Assembly (NCBI GenBank): GCA_016182235.1
Contig: JACOXT010000003.1
Coordinates: 130,209-194,208, forward strand
DNA length: 64,000 nucleotides
Direction: 5' to 3'
Source: Candidatus Levyibacteriota bacterium
GTDB taxonomy: Bacteria; Patescibacteriota; Microgenomatia; Levybacterales; UBA12049
A model generated the notes under the pieces. The model worked only from the letters and a program-made list of their open reading frames with translations. It was not told the DNA's origin and did not search any database. Below, in pieces: positions 45,317 through 53,608 of this stretch (positions are counted from its first letter, which is position 1; every line of letters begins with the position of its first letter). Made by a program: the position numbers and the translations under genes.

Positions 45317-46093
45317 ATGAGAAAAGTAATCCTTATTAAATTTGGAGGATCAATAATTACGGACAAAAACGTGCCGTATAAGGCGCGTCCAGATGTTATA
45401 AGAAGATTAGCAAAAGAGTTGAAAAAAATAAAAGATGCATCTATAATTCTTGCTCATGGTAGCGGAAGTTTTGGGCATACTTCTGCCAAAGAATTTGGGG
45501 GAAAAAAGGGTTATAAGAGTAATTGGGGCATTGCCAAAGTTGCAAGGGATGCAATGGAAATAAATAGAATTGTTATGGACATACTTGTTGATGAAGGATT
45601 ACCCACAGTATCTCTTCGACCCATGAGCATGATGACAACAAATGCTGGAAAGCTAGAAGAAAATTTCTTTAAACCAATAGTTGAAGTTCTCAATCGAGAC
45701 TTACTACCCGTTGTATATGGAGATGTTATTTGGGACAGAGAATGGAAAAGTACAATTCTTTCTGGAGAGGTGATCCTTAATGAAATTGGAAAATATCTAA
45801 TGAAAAAGGGCTTTAAGGTTGGTAAAATTATTCAGGTTGGAGAAACAAATGGAGTTTATGACGATAATGGCAACACAATCCCTTTTATTACAAATACAAA
45901 CTGGGAGAATATTAAACATTATATTTTTAGAAAAAATAAAATTGATGTAACTGGAGGAATGCGACACAAAATAGAAAACGCATTACTAATAGCAAATGAA
46001 GGTGTTGAAACATGGATTGCTAATGGAATTATTCCAAACGAATTATCTCATGCGCTTAACGGCAAAGATATTCGAGGTACGATTATTCAATAA
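45317..46093 (+). CDS. Isopentenyl phosphate kinase (amino acid kinase family)
   Basis: ILIKFGGSIITDK, AHGSGSFGH, DVTGGMRHKIENAL. Confidence 0.8.
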   Translation: MRKVILIKFGGSIITDKNVPYKARPDVIRRLAKELKKIKDASIILAHGSGSFGHTSAKEFGGKKGYKSNWGIAKVARDAMEINRIVMDILVDEGLPTVSLRPMSMMTTNAGKLEENFFKPIVEVLNRDLLPVVYGDVIWDREWKSTILSGEVILNEIGKYLMKKGFKVGKIIQVGETNGVYDDNGNTIPFITNTNWENIKHYIFRKNKIDVTGGMRHKIENALLIANEGVETWIANGIIPNELSHALNGKDIRGTIIQ

Positions 46094-46095
46094 AT

Positions 46096-46806
46096 ATGAT
46101 CAGAGAAAGAGAATCAGGTAGCATTAATGGGGTCCACCTTGAACAGGAAAGAAGAAAAGGATTTGGAGTACTTTTGCCTATCGTTGAGATAGATCCCAGT
46201 AGAAATGGAGAAAATATAACACAGCCTAAATTGTTCACTATTATAGAGAAGAAATCTAAGCCTGAGACAGGAAAGATAGCTGGACAAATTTCATTTCCAG
46301 GCGAAACTGCAAAAATTCATAATGAACCGATGGGGGACAATATAATTGGAGGAATAGCAGAGGTTACAGATAATGATTATACAATTAGAAACAATATTTT
46401 TTTCATGCGAGATTCCTCTTTTATTAAAGAAAGAATTTTTATAAACGGCAATCCTTTTGATATGGCTATATTAATACATGTTGGTCCTTTCGATAATGCC
46501 ATCAAACCTGTGGATGTTAATGAAGTTTCACCAAACGGACCAATGACAATTCAAGAAATTAGAAGAAAAGATCCTACCAGAGATTCTAGAATTGTAAGAC
46601 GAATTGTGCATCAAGTCGCAGACTTAGAAGATTCGGAAGGTCTCATAAGAAGGGTCGTATCTGACTTTTTTAATTTTCCTACCTTGAGAATTCCTTTGCG
46701 AGCTATTTTGCCTGATGGCTTTTCCTCTATAAGGGATTTTTTTCAAGAAAGAGAAAGGACTGTAGACGTTATTGGCTCACTTTCCAAACCTTCTCTGTCT
46801 TCTTGA
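46096..46806 (+). CDS. Hypothetical protein with a degenerate Nudix-like segment
   Basis: GQISFPGETAKIHNEPMGDNIIGGIAEVT lacks the REx2EE catalytic residues. It starts 3 nt after the kinase gene. Confidence 0.45.
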   Translation: MIRERESGSINGVHLEQERRKGFGVLLPIVEIDPSRNGENITQPKLFTIIEKKSKPETGKIAGQISFPGETAKIHNEPMGDNIIGGIAEVTDNDYTIRNNIFFMRDSSFIKERIFINGNPFDMAILIHVGPFDNAIKPVDVNEVSPNGPMTIQEIRRKDPTRDSRIVRRIVHQVADLEDSEGLIRRVVSDFFNFPTLRIPLRAILPDGFSSIRDFFQERERTVDVIGSLSKPSLSS

Positions 46807-47475
46807 GTATTCTGCAATAGCGTTTTCTATATCTTCGTCATTAAGATCTGGAAAGTGTTTCTCAAGAAAAAAATACTCCGCATATGCTGCTTGCCAGATC
46901 ATAAGGCCTGATGTTCGCATCTCTCCACTTGTTCTTATGATTAAATCCGGATCAGGATGAGGTTGATTAGCAGTATCTAAAAATTGGCTAAAGTTCTCTA
47001 TGTTAATACTTAATACTTTATACTTTATACTTAATACTTTCTTTATTGCCCTTATTACTTCATCGCGTCCTCCATAATCGAGCGCAATATTTAAGACATA
47101 TTTGTCAAATGATTTTGTTTTTTCCTCTGAATTTTGGATTTTTTTAAGTAAACCTTTTGGGATTCTGTCTTTTCTTCCAAGATGAATAATTCTTATTTTT
47201 TCCTTCATTGCCTCCTTTAGATTTTTGTCTATGAATATTTCGTACATCTTCATAAGGTAATTCACTTCTTCTTTACTTCTGTCCCAATTTTCAGTTGAGA
47301 ATGCCCACATTGTGAGAGTATTAACGCCAAGGGATCGAATTTTTCTCCCGATTTTTATTGCCACATCAAATCCTCGTCTATGTCCTTCAAGACTTGGAAG
47401 TCTGTGTTCTTTTGCCCACCTTCTGTTTCCATCAGGAGTAATTGCTATATGATTAGGGATATTAAGATTAGCCAT
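46777..47475 (-). CDS. uppS: Isoprenyl transferase (undecaprenyl diphosphate synthase family)
   Basis: HIAITPDGNRRWAK, DLIIRTSGEMRTSGLMIWQAAYAE. Confidence 0.92.
   Translation of the reverse strand: MANLNIPNHIAITPDGNRRWAKEHRLPSLEGHRRGFDVAIKIGRKIRSLGVNTLTMWAFSTENWDRSKEEVNYLMKMYEIFIDKNLKEAMKEKIRIIHLGRKDRIPKGLLKKIQNSEEKTKSFDKYVLNIALDYGGRDEVIRAIKKVLSIKYKVLSINIENFSQFLDTANQPHPDPDLIIRTSGEMRTSGLMIWQAAYAEYFFLEKHFPDLNDEDIENAIAEYSRRQRRFGK
47003..47037. repeat. Five tandem heptamers (ttaatac ttaatac tttatac tttatac ttaatac) inside the uppS coding sequence
   Basis: Read directly. On the minus strand it encodes KVLSIKYKVLSI. Confidence 0.8.
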
Positions 47476-47532
47476 TTATTTGCATAAGTATACCATATTG
47501 TATTTTTGTAGAAATTGTGCAATAATCTAAAA

Positions 47533-48192
47533 ATGGCAAGTAGAAAAACCTCAAGAGAGAAATCAGATACATCAGTGCTGCCTATAAATACGAAATCTTC
47601 AGGATTTGGAAGAGTTAAAAACTCAAGGATCTTTTATATTTTTATAATTTTAGTTATTGCAGGAATATTGTTTTATTTCAAAGGATTTTTTATTGCAGCC
47701 TTAGTAAATGGTCAACCGATTTCAAGGCTTGCGATAATTGAGGAACTTGAGAGAAGAGATGGAAAGAACGCCATGACCGCCCTTGTAAATCAGGCTCTTA
47801 TTATGCAGGAGGCGAAGAAAAAAAATATAGAAGTTAATCAAGAAGAAATTAATGCGGCATCTAAAGAAATTGAGGATAGTCTAAAAAAGCAAGGACAAAA
47901 TTTGGATTCCGCGTTAACCGCGCAAGGGATGACAAGAAAAGATTTTGAGGATCAACTTAAAATAAGAAAATTGGTTGAGAAGTTGTTGGCAAATGATATA
48001 AAAGTTACAGATAAAGAGATTAATGGTTATATAGACCAAAATAAAGATCTAATTCCAAAGGACCTAAAAGCTGAAGAAGTGACAGCAAGTGCACGACAAC
48101 AGTTAGAACAACAAAAATTGTCTGTCAAATCTCAGGAATGGTTGGCAAGTCTTGAGAAAAACGCGAAAATCAACTACTTCGTAAATTACTAA
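47533..48192 (+). CDS. Membrane-anchored SurA-N-like chaperone domain protein (no PPIase domain seen)
   Basis: N-terminal TM, then VNGQPISRLAIIEELERRDG...; ATG at 47533 preferred over the TTG at 47515. Confidence 0.6.
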   Translation: MASRKTSREKSDTSVLPINTKSSGFGRVKNSRIFYIFIILVIAGILFYFKGFFIAALVNGQPISRLAIIEELERRDGKNAMTALVNQALIMQEAKKKNIEVNQEEINAASKEIEDSLKKQGQNLDSALTAQGMTRKDFEDQLKIRKLVEKLLANDIKVTDKEINGYIDQNKDLIPKDLKAEEVTASARQQLEQQKLSVKSQEWLASLEKNAKINYFVNY

Positions 48193-49130
48193 TCCTTGTT
48201 AGTAAGTTTATTCTTTTCTATGTAATTAGTATACCAGCTGTAACTTCCTCCCAGAAGTTTTGCGATTAACTCAATTCCAAGTTCCGCAGTTTTTCCATCG
48301 ATATCTCTTAGGGGATTATATTCATCAATATCAAGTCCAACAACATTACAATTTTTACCTATATATTCTGCAATAGTTGTTATTTCTCGGTAATTAAACC
48401 CTCCTTTATTTGGCATACCAACGCCCGGTGCATAAATTTCATCTATTACATCTAGATCCAGACTTACCCAAATATTTTTTACTCTTTTGCAAAGATTATT
48501 AATATAGTCAAACAATGGCCTTAGTCCAAAAGAAAGCATGTCGATTGTTTTGAAGCATAATAGATTTTCTTTTTCAATAAGCTCAATTTCTCCAGGATCA
48601 AAATCAATCCCGCCAATATGAAGTACGTTTTCTTTTGAAATCTTCTTTTTTAGTTTGTAGATATTTATAAGCTGTTCGTCTCCAAATCCCATGAGTGAGG
48701 CTAATGGCATACCGTGAATGTTTCCCGTTAAGGTCGTTTCCGTCGTATTCATGTCTCCATGAGCATCAAGATAGATTATTCCAATCTCCCCATTTAGAGC
48801 AGCTGACGCGCCGGAGACAACGCCCAAACATAGTGAGTGGTCGCCTCCAAGCGCTACTGCTTTCTCCCCTTTTTGAATAATTTGAAATGTTTTTCCCGCA
48901 GATTCTTCAGAAACTCTAAGAATTTCCTCAAGATATCTTAGCTTTGGATTTCCAATTTGTAGGTGTTTTTTGGGTAGACATTTAATATTGCCCCCATCTT
49001 TGACAGTAAAACCAACATTAGTTAATTTTTCAACAATTTTCTGATGTCTGAATGCATCCGGTCCTATATCAACTCCTAAATTTTCAGCACCCAAATCAAG
49101 AGGAACCCCAAAAATAGTAATTTTTTCCAT
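48189..49130 (-). CDS. rocF: Arginase (ureohydrolase family)
   Basis: GGDHSL, DAHGD, GNIHGMPLA, SLDLDV. Confidence 0.8.
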   Translation of the reverse strand: MEKITIFGVPLDLGAENLGVDIGPDAFRHQKIVEKLTNVGFTVKDGGNIKCLPKKHLQIGNPKLRYLEEILRVSEESAGKTFQIIQKGEKAVALGGDHSLCLGVVSGASAALNGEIGIIYLDAHGDMNTTETTLTGNIHGMPLASLMGFGDEQLINIYKLKKKISKENVLHIGGIDFDPGEIELIEKENLLCFKTIDMLSFGLRPLFDYINNLCKRVKNIWVSLDLDVIDEIYAPGVGMPNKGGFNYREITTIAEYIGKNCNVVGLDIDEYNPLRDIDGKTAELGIELIAKLLGGSYSWYTNYIEKNKLTNKD

Positions 49131-49159
49131 CCATGTATTTTAGCAGGTTTTTTCAGCTA

Positions 49160-49197
49160 TTGACAAATATAATTACAGCATTTATTATATTAATATA
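49160..49197 (+). promoter_or_regulatory. Promoter TTGACA-17-TATTAT with an overlapping 12-bp palindrome TATATTAATATA; likely leaderless start at the ATG at 49197
   Basis: TTGACA at 49160-65, TATTAT at 49183-88, palindrome at 49186-49197. The ATG lies 8 nt after the -10. Confidence 0.5.
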
Positions 49198-49565
49198 TGT
49201 TCAATCGTTCATACATACAACTTCACAAAGGGCATCCTCATTACATGACAGACTCGAAAGCTTTATCCTTGCAAAAAAAGACCACATTGTCTATTGAAGA
49301 AGAAAAGCTTTTAATAATTGCACATAATCTCTCCAATCCCACAAAACTTAAAATCTATTCACTTCTGACAAGAGTAAAATCAATGCCTGTAACAGATATA
49401 AGTCTAATTTTAAATCTTTCTCAATCTGCAGTATCTCATGCATTGGCTGATTTAAGAAATCTGGGACTAGTAGAAAGTTATCGCTGTGGACAATTGATTT
49501 GTTATTCACTCAAAAGAGGTAAACAAAAGAATAAATTCTTAAGTTTTTTTGATAATTTTAATTAG
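49197..49565 (+). CDS. ArsR/SmtB-family transcriptional regulator (copy 1)
   Basis: LSNPTKLKIYSLL...VTDISLILNLSQSAVSHALADLRNLGLV. Confidence 0.8.
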   Translation: MFNRSYIQLHKGHPHYMTDSKALSLQKKTTLSIEEEKLLIIAHNLSNPTKLKIYSLLTRVKSMPVTDISLILNLSQSAVSHALADLRNLGLVESYRCGQLICYSLKRGKQKNKFLSFFDNFN

Positions 49566-49567
49566 CT

Positions 49568-50014
49568 ATGAAACCGTTTAACATTTTTGTAATTTTAATA
49601 CTAGCAATAATTACAATAGGATTTATCTTCTTTAAAGATATGTTTAATTTGCCTCAAAATAAAACTGAGAGCGAGAGTTCTAATAACCCTATTCTAATGG
49701 ATCGGATTAACTATCTTGATTACACAAAAGAGAGCTTAAATTCTTCGAAAGGATCTGGAAGGTCAGTTTTGTTTTTTGCGGCAACTACCTGGTGTCAGAC
49801 TTGTAGTCAGTTAGATAAAGAAATTAAAGAGAATGCCCAACGTTTGCCATCAGATGTAACTATTTTGAAAGTAGATTATGATAATGATAGGGAGATGAAA
49901 AGAGCATGGGGAATAACTATCCAACATACTCTTATTGTTTTGGATAAAGACGGCAAAGAAATCAAAAGATGGGTGGGAGGGAATTTCGATTTACTGCTTA
50001 GGGAGCTTTCTTAA
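49568..50014 (+). CDS. Membrane-anchored thioredoxin-fold protein (CxxC)
   Basis: N-terminal TM; FFAATTWCQTCSQLDKEI. Confidence 0.75.
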   Translation: MKPFNIFVILILAIITIGFIFFKDMFNLPQNKTESESSNNPILMDRINYLDYTKESLNSSKGSGRSVLFFAATTWCQTCSQLDKEIKENAQRLPSDVTILKVDYDNDREMKRAWGITIQHTLIVLDKDGKEIKRWVGGNFDLLLRELS

Positions 50015-50029
50015 GAGGAAAGGCTAGAT

Positions 50030-51037
50030 ATGAAATTTATTATACTAATTATCGGAATCATAGTTTTAATAATTTGGGTATTGATAAACATGCCAAAAAT
50101 ATGGACTCAGATTGATCAATCAAGAGGAGGAACACCGGTGCAAAAAGCAAGCCCCGGTGAAATTGTTGTAAGAAAAGTGTCTTTGCAAAATGATTTTACT
50201 GGAGCTAAGGTAAAACAAGAAGATCTATTGCAGGGGTGTTTTGGACAGGACTGCATTCCTTCTATTGACAGTCCGAAATTTGAATCAGCGCAGGATGCTA
50301 GCTGGTTAAGAGGTGAAGACAGAGTATTTGCAATTGATTATAAGGAAACTCAAAGAGCCTATCCACAAAGAATTTTGAATTGGCATGAGATTGTAAATGA
50401 TACTATAACAGGCGATCCAATTGTCATAACTTTTTGCCCTCTTTGTGGATCAGCTTTGGCATTTGAGCGAAAAGTTGACGGAGTAATCACCGAGCTTGGA
50501 GTATCCGGCAAACTGCATAACTCTGATTTAGTTATGTACGATAGATATGAAGGCAATTTATGGCAGCAAGTTACAGGCGAGGGAATTGTTGGTCCGGCGG
50601 CAAGAAGAAATGAGATTCTAAAACAAGTGCCGATAATAACTGTTCCGTGGGGGCAATGGAAAAAGGAACATCCAGGAACACAAGTTCTTTCAAGGGATAC
50701 GGGCCATAGCAGGAATTACGACCAATACCCCTATGGAACTTACGAACAGGATGATGAAATTTACTTCGGAGTTAAAGATCTAAACAGACAACTTCAAATA
50801 AAAACAGTAGTCTATGGAGTAGAGATAAATGGATCATCTAAGGCTTACCCTGAAAGTGTTTTTGATAAGAGAAAAGTAGTTGAGGACACGGTTGGAAATA
50901 CAGCAATAAGATTGGAAAGAACTGACTCAGGACAAATTAAAGTCACTAACTTGCAAACCCAAGAGGAAATCATTCCAATTCGGCTATTCTGGTTTGCCTG
51001 GGCAGCATTCCATCCGGATACAGAGCTTTTTAAGTAA
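50030..51037 (+). CDS. DUF3179 domain protein (membrane-anchored)
   Basis: DCIPSIDSPKF, YPQRILNWHEIVND, ITFCPLCGS, GVSGKLHNSDLVMYDR..GNLWQQ. Confidence 0.8.
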   Translation: MKFIILIIGIIVLIIWVLINMPKIWTQIDQSRGGTPVQKASPGEIVVRKVSLQNDFTGAKVKQEDLLQGCFGQDCIPSIDSPKFESAQDASWLRGEDRVFAIDYKETQRAYPQRILNWHEIVNDTITGDPIVITFCPLCGSALAFERKVDGVITELGVSGKLHNSDLVMYDRYEGNLWQQVTGEGIVGPAARRNEILKQVPIITVPWGQWKKEHPGTQVLSRDTGHSRNYDQYPYGTYEQDDEIYFGVKDLNRQLQIKTVVYGVEINGSSKAYPESVFDKRKVVEDTVGNTAIRLERTDSGQIKVTNLQTQEEIIPIRLFWFAWAAFHPDTELFK

Positions 51038-51260
51038 TCCTTGATGACAATTGTAGAAAAAATCCGATAATAATTAGTATCATACCTAATAAGGTTAACC
51101 AAATTTCATTAGAGATTTCCGAGACCACAGACTTATCAATTTTGCGTTCTCTCCTAACTCCCAGATGAACTTTAAGAATGGAATATCCAATTAGGAGTTC
51201 GCCTAAAGTGGTGAGTATGAAACCAAATGCCGGCAGAGTCATATTTTTAGTGTAACACAT
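51030..51260 (-). CDS. Small two-TM membrane protein (hypothetical)
   Basis: Two hydrophobic helices. Convergent 8-nt overlap with the DUF3179 gene. Confidence 0.45.
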   Translation of the reverse strand: MCYTKNMTLPAFGFILTTLGELLIGYSILKVHLGVRRERKIDKSVVSEISNEIWLTLLGMILIIIGFFLQLSSRIT

Positions 51261-51270
51261 TTAGGAGCTC

Positions 51271-51318
51271 TTGACAGACAGATTTTAAAGATGTATTATT
51301 TGAATAATCGTTCAAATA
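51271..51318 (+). promoter_or_regulatory. Promoter TTGACA-17-TATTAT plus operator TATTTGAA-N6-TTCAAATA
   Basis: TTGACA at 51271-76 and TATTAT at 51294-99. A perfect 8-bp inverted repeat at 51297-51318 overlaps the -10. The same operator recurs at 53581-53602. Confidence 0.7.
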
Positions 51319-51320
51319 GT

Positions 51321-51632
51321 ATGGATAAACACTCTTGGATTAAAAAGAAATTAGGTAATAAAAAAGAACTGGTTGAGTGTGCCAAGCAGCTGGGAGTTGT
51401 TGGTGACACTACCAGACTCAAGATTTGTTATCTTCTCTGCAATTATCCAGAGATAAGTGTTGGCGATATGGCAGAAATATTAGATACCTCTGTTTCCGTT
51501 GTTTCCCATAGCGTTAAGAAACTTCTTAAACTTGATCTTGTAAAAAGAAGAAAGGAAGCTCAGACAGTATATTACTCGCTTGCAAAGAACGAGTTTACAA
51601 GGACTTTGAGAGATTTCATTACGAGTCTATGA
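51321..51632 (+). CDS. ArsR/SmtB-family metal-sensing regulator (copy 2)
   Basis: TTRLKICYLLCNYPEISVGDMAEILDTSVSVVSHSVKKL. Start moved to the ATG at 51321 because 51291 lies inside the promoter/operator. Confidence 0.8.
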   Translation: MDKHSWIKKKLGNKKELVECAKQLGVVGDTTRLKICYLLCNYPEISVGDMAEILDTSVSVVSHSVKKLLKLDLVKRRKEAQTVYYSLAKNEFTRTLRDFITSL

Positions 51633-51838
51633 AAAATAATGAATCAAAAATGAACAATTGGATTTTTCTTGCTGCTATTTTCTGCTGCGGATTGCCTTTA
51701 TTGCTTCTTTTGGGCGCAGGGTCAGCTTTTGCGCTAGGCATAAGTTTCTTAACAGACAATCTAATCTTTCTGATTTTAGGACTGGTTTTTGCTTTTGTAT
51801 TTATCTGGTTGTTTATAAAAAGGAGAGTTGGTGAGTAA
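51629..51838 (+). CDS. Small two-TM protein with a vicinal Cys pair in TM1 (MerT/MerF-like)
   Basis: AAIFCCGLPLLLLLGAG resembles the CC-x-x-P motif of the first TM helix of mercury transporters. Confidence 0.5.
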   Translation: MKNNESKMNNWIFLAAIFCCGLPLLLLLGAGSAFALGISFLTDNLIFLILGLVFAFVFIWLFIKRRVGE

Positions 51839-52397
51839 TTCTAGTATGGTAAAAATTACAAGTACTATAATTGTGATTGCGGTTGTGGTTCTCGGACTTC
51901 TTACAACAGACGTTATCAAATTTGGGGAGTCGAGTTCTGAGACTAAAGTCTCATCGCAAGTTCAGACTGCTGGTTTGTCCATCGGAGACAAGGCTCCGGA
52001 TTTTACACTTACTACTATTGATGGCGTAAATTTGACGCAAAGCAATCTTCAGGGAAAAATTCTGGTAATTACATCTGGTGCTGCCTGGTGCCCAACCTGC
52101 ATTATTGAAAATAAAAATTTCAATCCAGTTTTTAAGGAAGTCAAAGATAAAGGAGTTGAGTTTATAACAGTTGACATAGACCCGATAGATGACGAAGTGG
52201 CAATTGCTGAATTTCAAAGACTTTATGCGCCTTGGCATAATGTTTCGCAAGAAAACGCAAAGAAAATGATTGAAGATTATGGATTTTGGAGATTTGAAAT
52301 TACTTATATTGTAGATAGAGAAGGAATTATCCGCTTTAAAGATGGTGGTATTACCTCAACAGAAACTCTACGCAACGAGCTTGGTAAACTAATATGA
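51828..52397 (+). CDS. Membrane-anchored TlpA-like thiol:disulfide oxidoreductase (redoxin fold)
   Basis: GKILVITSGAAWCPTC. Confidence 0.8.
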   Translation: MVSNSSMVKITSTIIVIAVVVLGLLTTDVIKFGESSSETKVSSQVQTAGLSIGDKAPDFTLTTIDGVNLTQSNLQGKILVITSGAAWCPTCIIENKNFNPVFKEVKDKGVEFITVDIDPIDDEVAIAEFQRLYAPWHNVSQENAKKMIEDYGFWRFEITYIVDREGIIRFKDGGITSTETLRNELGKLI

Positions 52398-53056
52398 TTG
52401 ATTCGGGACTATTAATACTTGCTTCTACCTCCGGCATTTTTGCTTTTTTTACACCATGCAGCGTGGCCTTGATTCCCGGCTTTGTAGGTTTTCTCGTGAA
52501 GACTGACGACGAAGGCAAGATATTAAGAGGGGTGAAAGTCGGGTTAGTTTCTGCTTTGGGGCTTTTGACTGTTTTTATGGGGCTGGGACTCCTGATAAGT
52601 TTGTTTGGCAATTTTATAGCGCCTTTTACATTCTTTATTGGCGTTACTGCCGGAGTGATACTGATTATTTTGGGTCTGTATCTTCTGGCAGGGAAAACGA
52701 TAGGTGTGGCTATTCCTAATTCGATAGGGGAAAATCGCGGAGTTAAAGGATATTTTTTATTTGGAGCGACTTATGGACTTGCCTCTTTGAGCTGCACTTT
52801 GCCTATTTTTCTTCTGGTAATGTTTCAGGCTTTGTCTGTAGGCGGAGCAAAAGCGGGAATACTGATCTTTTTAATTTACAGCGCAACAGCAGCCTCTTTT
52901 ATGGCGCTGACTGCTTTTGCAGCTATTCTATCCAAGGATTTAGTGAGAAATTACCTTGGAAAAGCATTGCCTGTTGTAACAAGACTTAGCCCAATTCTAA
53001 TAATATTGGCAGGAATGTATCTGATATATTTTCAGTTAAGAGCTTTTTATTTATGA
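52394..53056 (+). CDS. ccdA: CcdA/DsbD-type transmembrane thiol-disulfide electron transporter
   Basis: FFTPCSVALIPGFVG and ASLSCTLPIFL, one conserved Cys in each half. Confidence 0.75.
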   Translation: MIDSGLLILASTSGIFAFFTPCSVALIPGFVGFLVKTDDEGKILRGVKVGLVSALGLLTVFMGLGLLISLFGNFIAPFTFFIGVTAGVILIILGLYLLAGKTIGVAIPNSIGENRGVKGYFLFGATYGLASLSCTLPIFLLVMFQALSVGGAKAGILIFLIYSATAASFMALTAFAAILSKDLVRNYLGKALPVVTRLSPILIILAGMYLIYFQLRAFYL

Positions 53057-53574
53057 GAGAGGTTTACTTGGCAATAATAAACGTTTTTAAGGAAAGAAAT
53101 TATTTTTTGGCTTTTGTACTTATAGCAATGGTCTTTTTTGCGCTGTTTATTTTTATTCCTGTTTTCACTATTCCAGGAAATGATCTTGGGTTTCAACTGT
53201 CCATTTACTCGCAAAAGGACTATGTTCTGATGTTTTTATTAGCCGCTCTGGTAGGACTTAATTTGGCCTTGCAAGTTTATATTTTTAGAAAACAAAGAGA
53301 GGAACGCAGGTTAACTCAGTCAACAGGTCAATTAGCAGTGTCGGGAATTTCTGGAGTATTTGGAGCAGTTGTTGGGACAGCGGCCTGTGCATCATGTCTT
53401 GCATTCTTTTTCGGACTTATTGGGTTGGGAGCAGGAAGCGTCATTTTTGTTTTGAATAATCAAATATATTTTTTTGTTGGCGCAATAATTTTGCTCTTAA
53501 TTTCTCTATATTTTACAGCTCGAAAAGTTAATGGTGTCTGTGAATCTTGCCATATTGACAAAGCGAAAACATAG
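53053..53574 (+). CDS. Integral membrane protein with an intramembrane CASC and a C-terminal CESC motif (unknown; candidate metal or thiol handling)
   Basis: VGTAACASCLAFFFGLIGLG; NGVCESCHIDKAKT. Confidence 0.5.
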   Translation: MREVYLAIINVFKERNYFLAFVLIAMVFFALFIFIPVFTIPGNDLGFQLSIYSQKDYVLMFLLAALVGLNLALQVYIFRKQREERRLTQSTGQLAVSGISGVFGAVVGTAACASCLAFFFGLIGLGAGSVIFVLNNQIYFFVGAIILLLISLYFTARKVNGVCESCHIDKAKT

Positions 53575-53602
53575 AGTTACTATTTGAATAGTTGTTCAAA
53601 TA
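53555..53602 (+). promoter_or_regulatory. Internal promoter TTGACA-17-TACTAT plus a second copy of the operator TATTTGAA-N6-TTCAAATA, upstream of the merA-like gene
   Basis: TTGACA at 53555-60, TACTAT at 53578-83, inverted repeat at 53581-53602. Confidence 0.65.
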
Positions 53603-53608
53603 AATATT

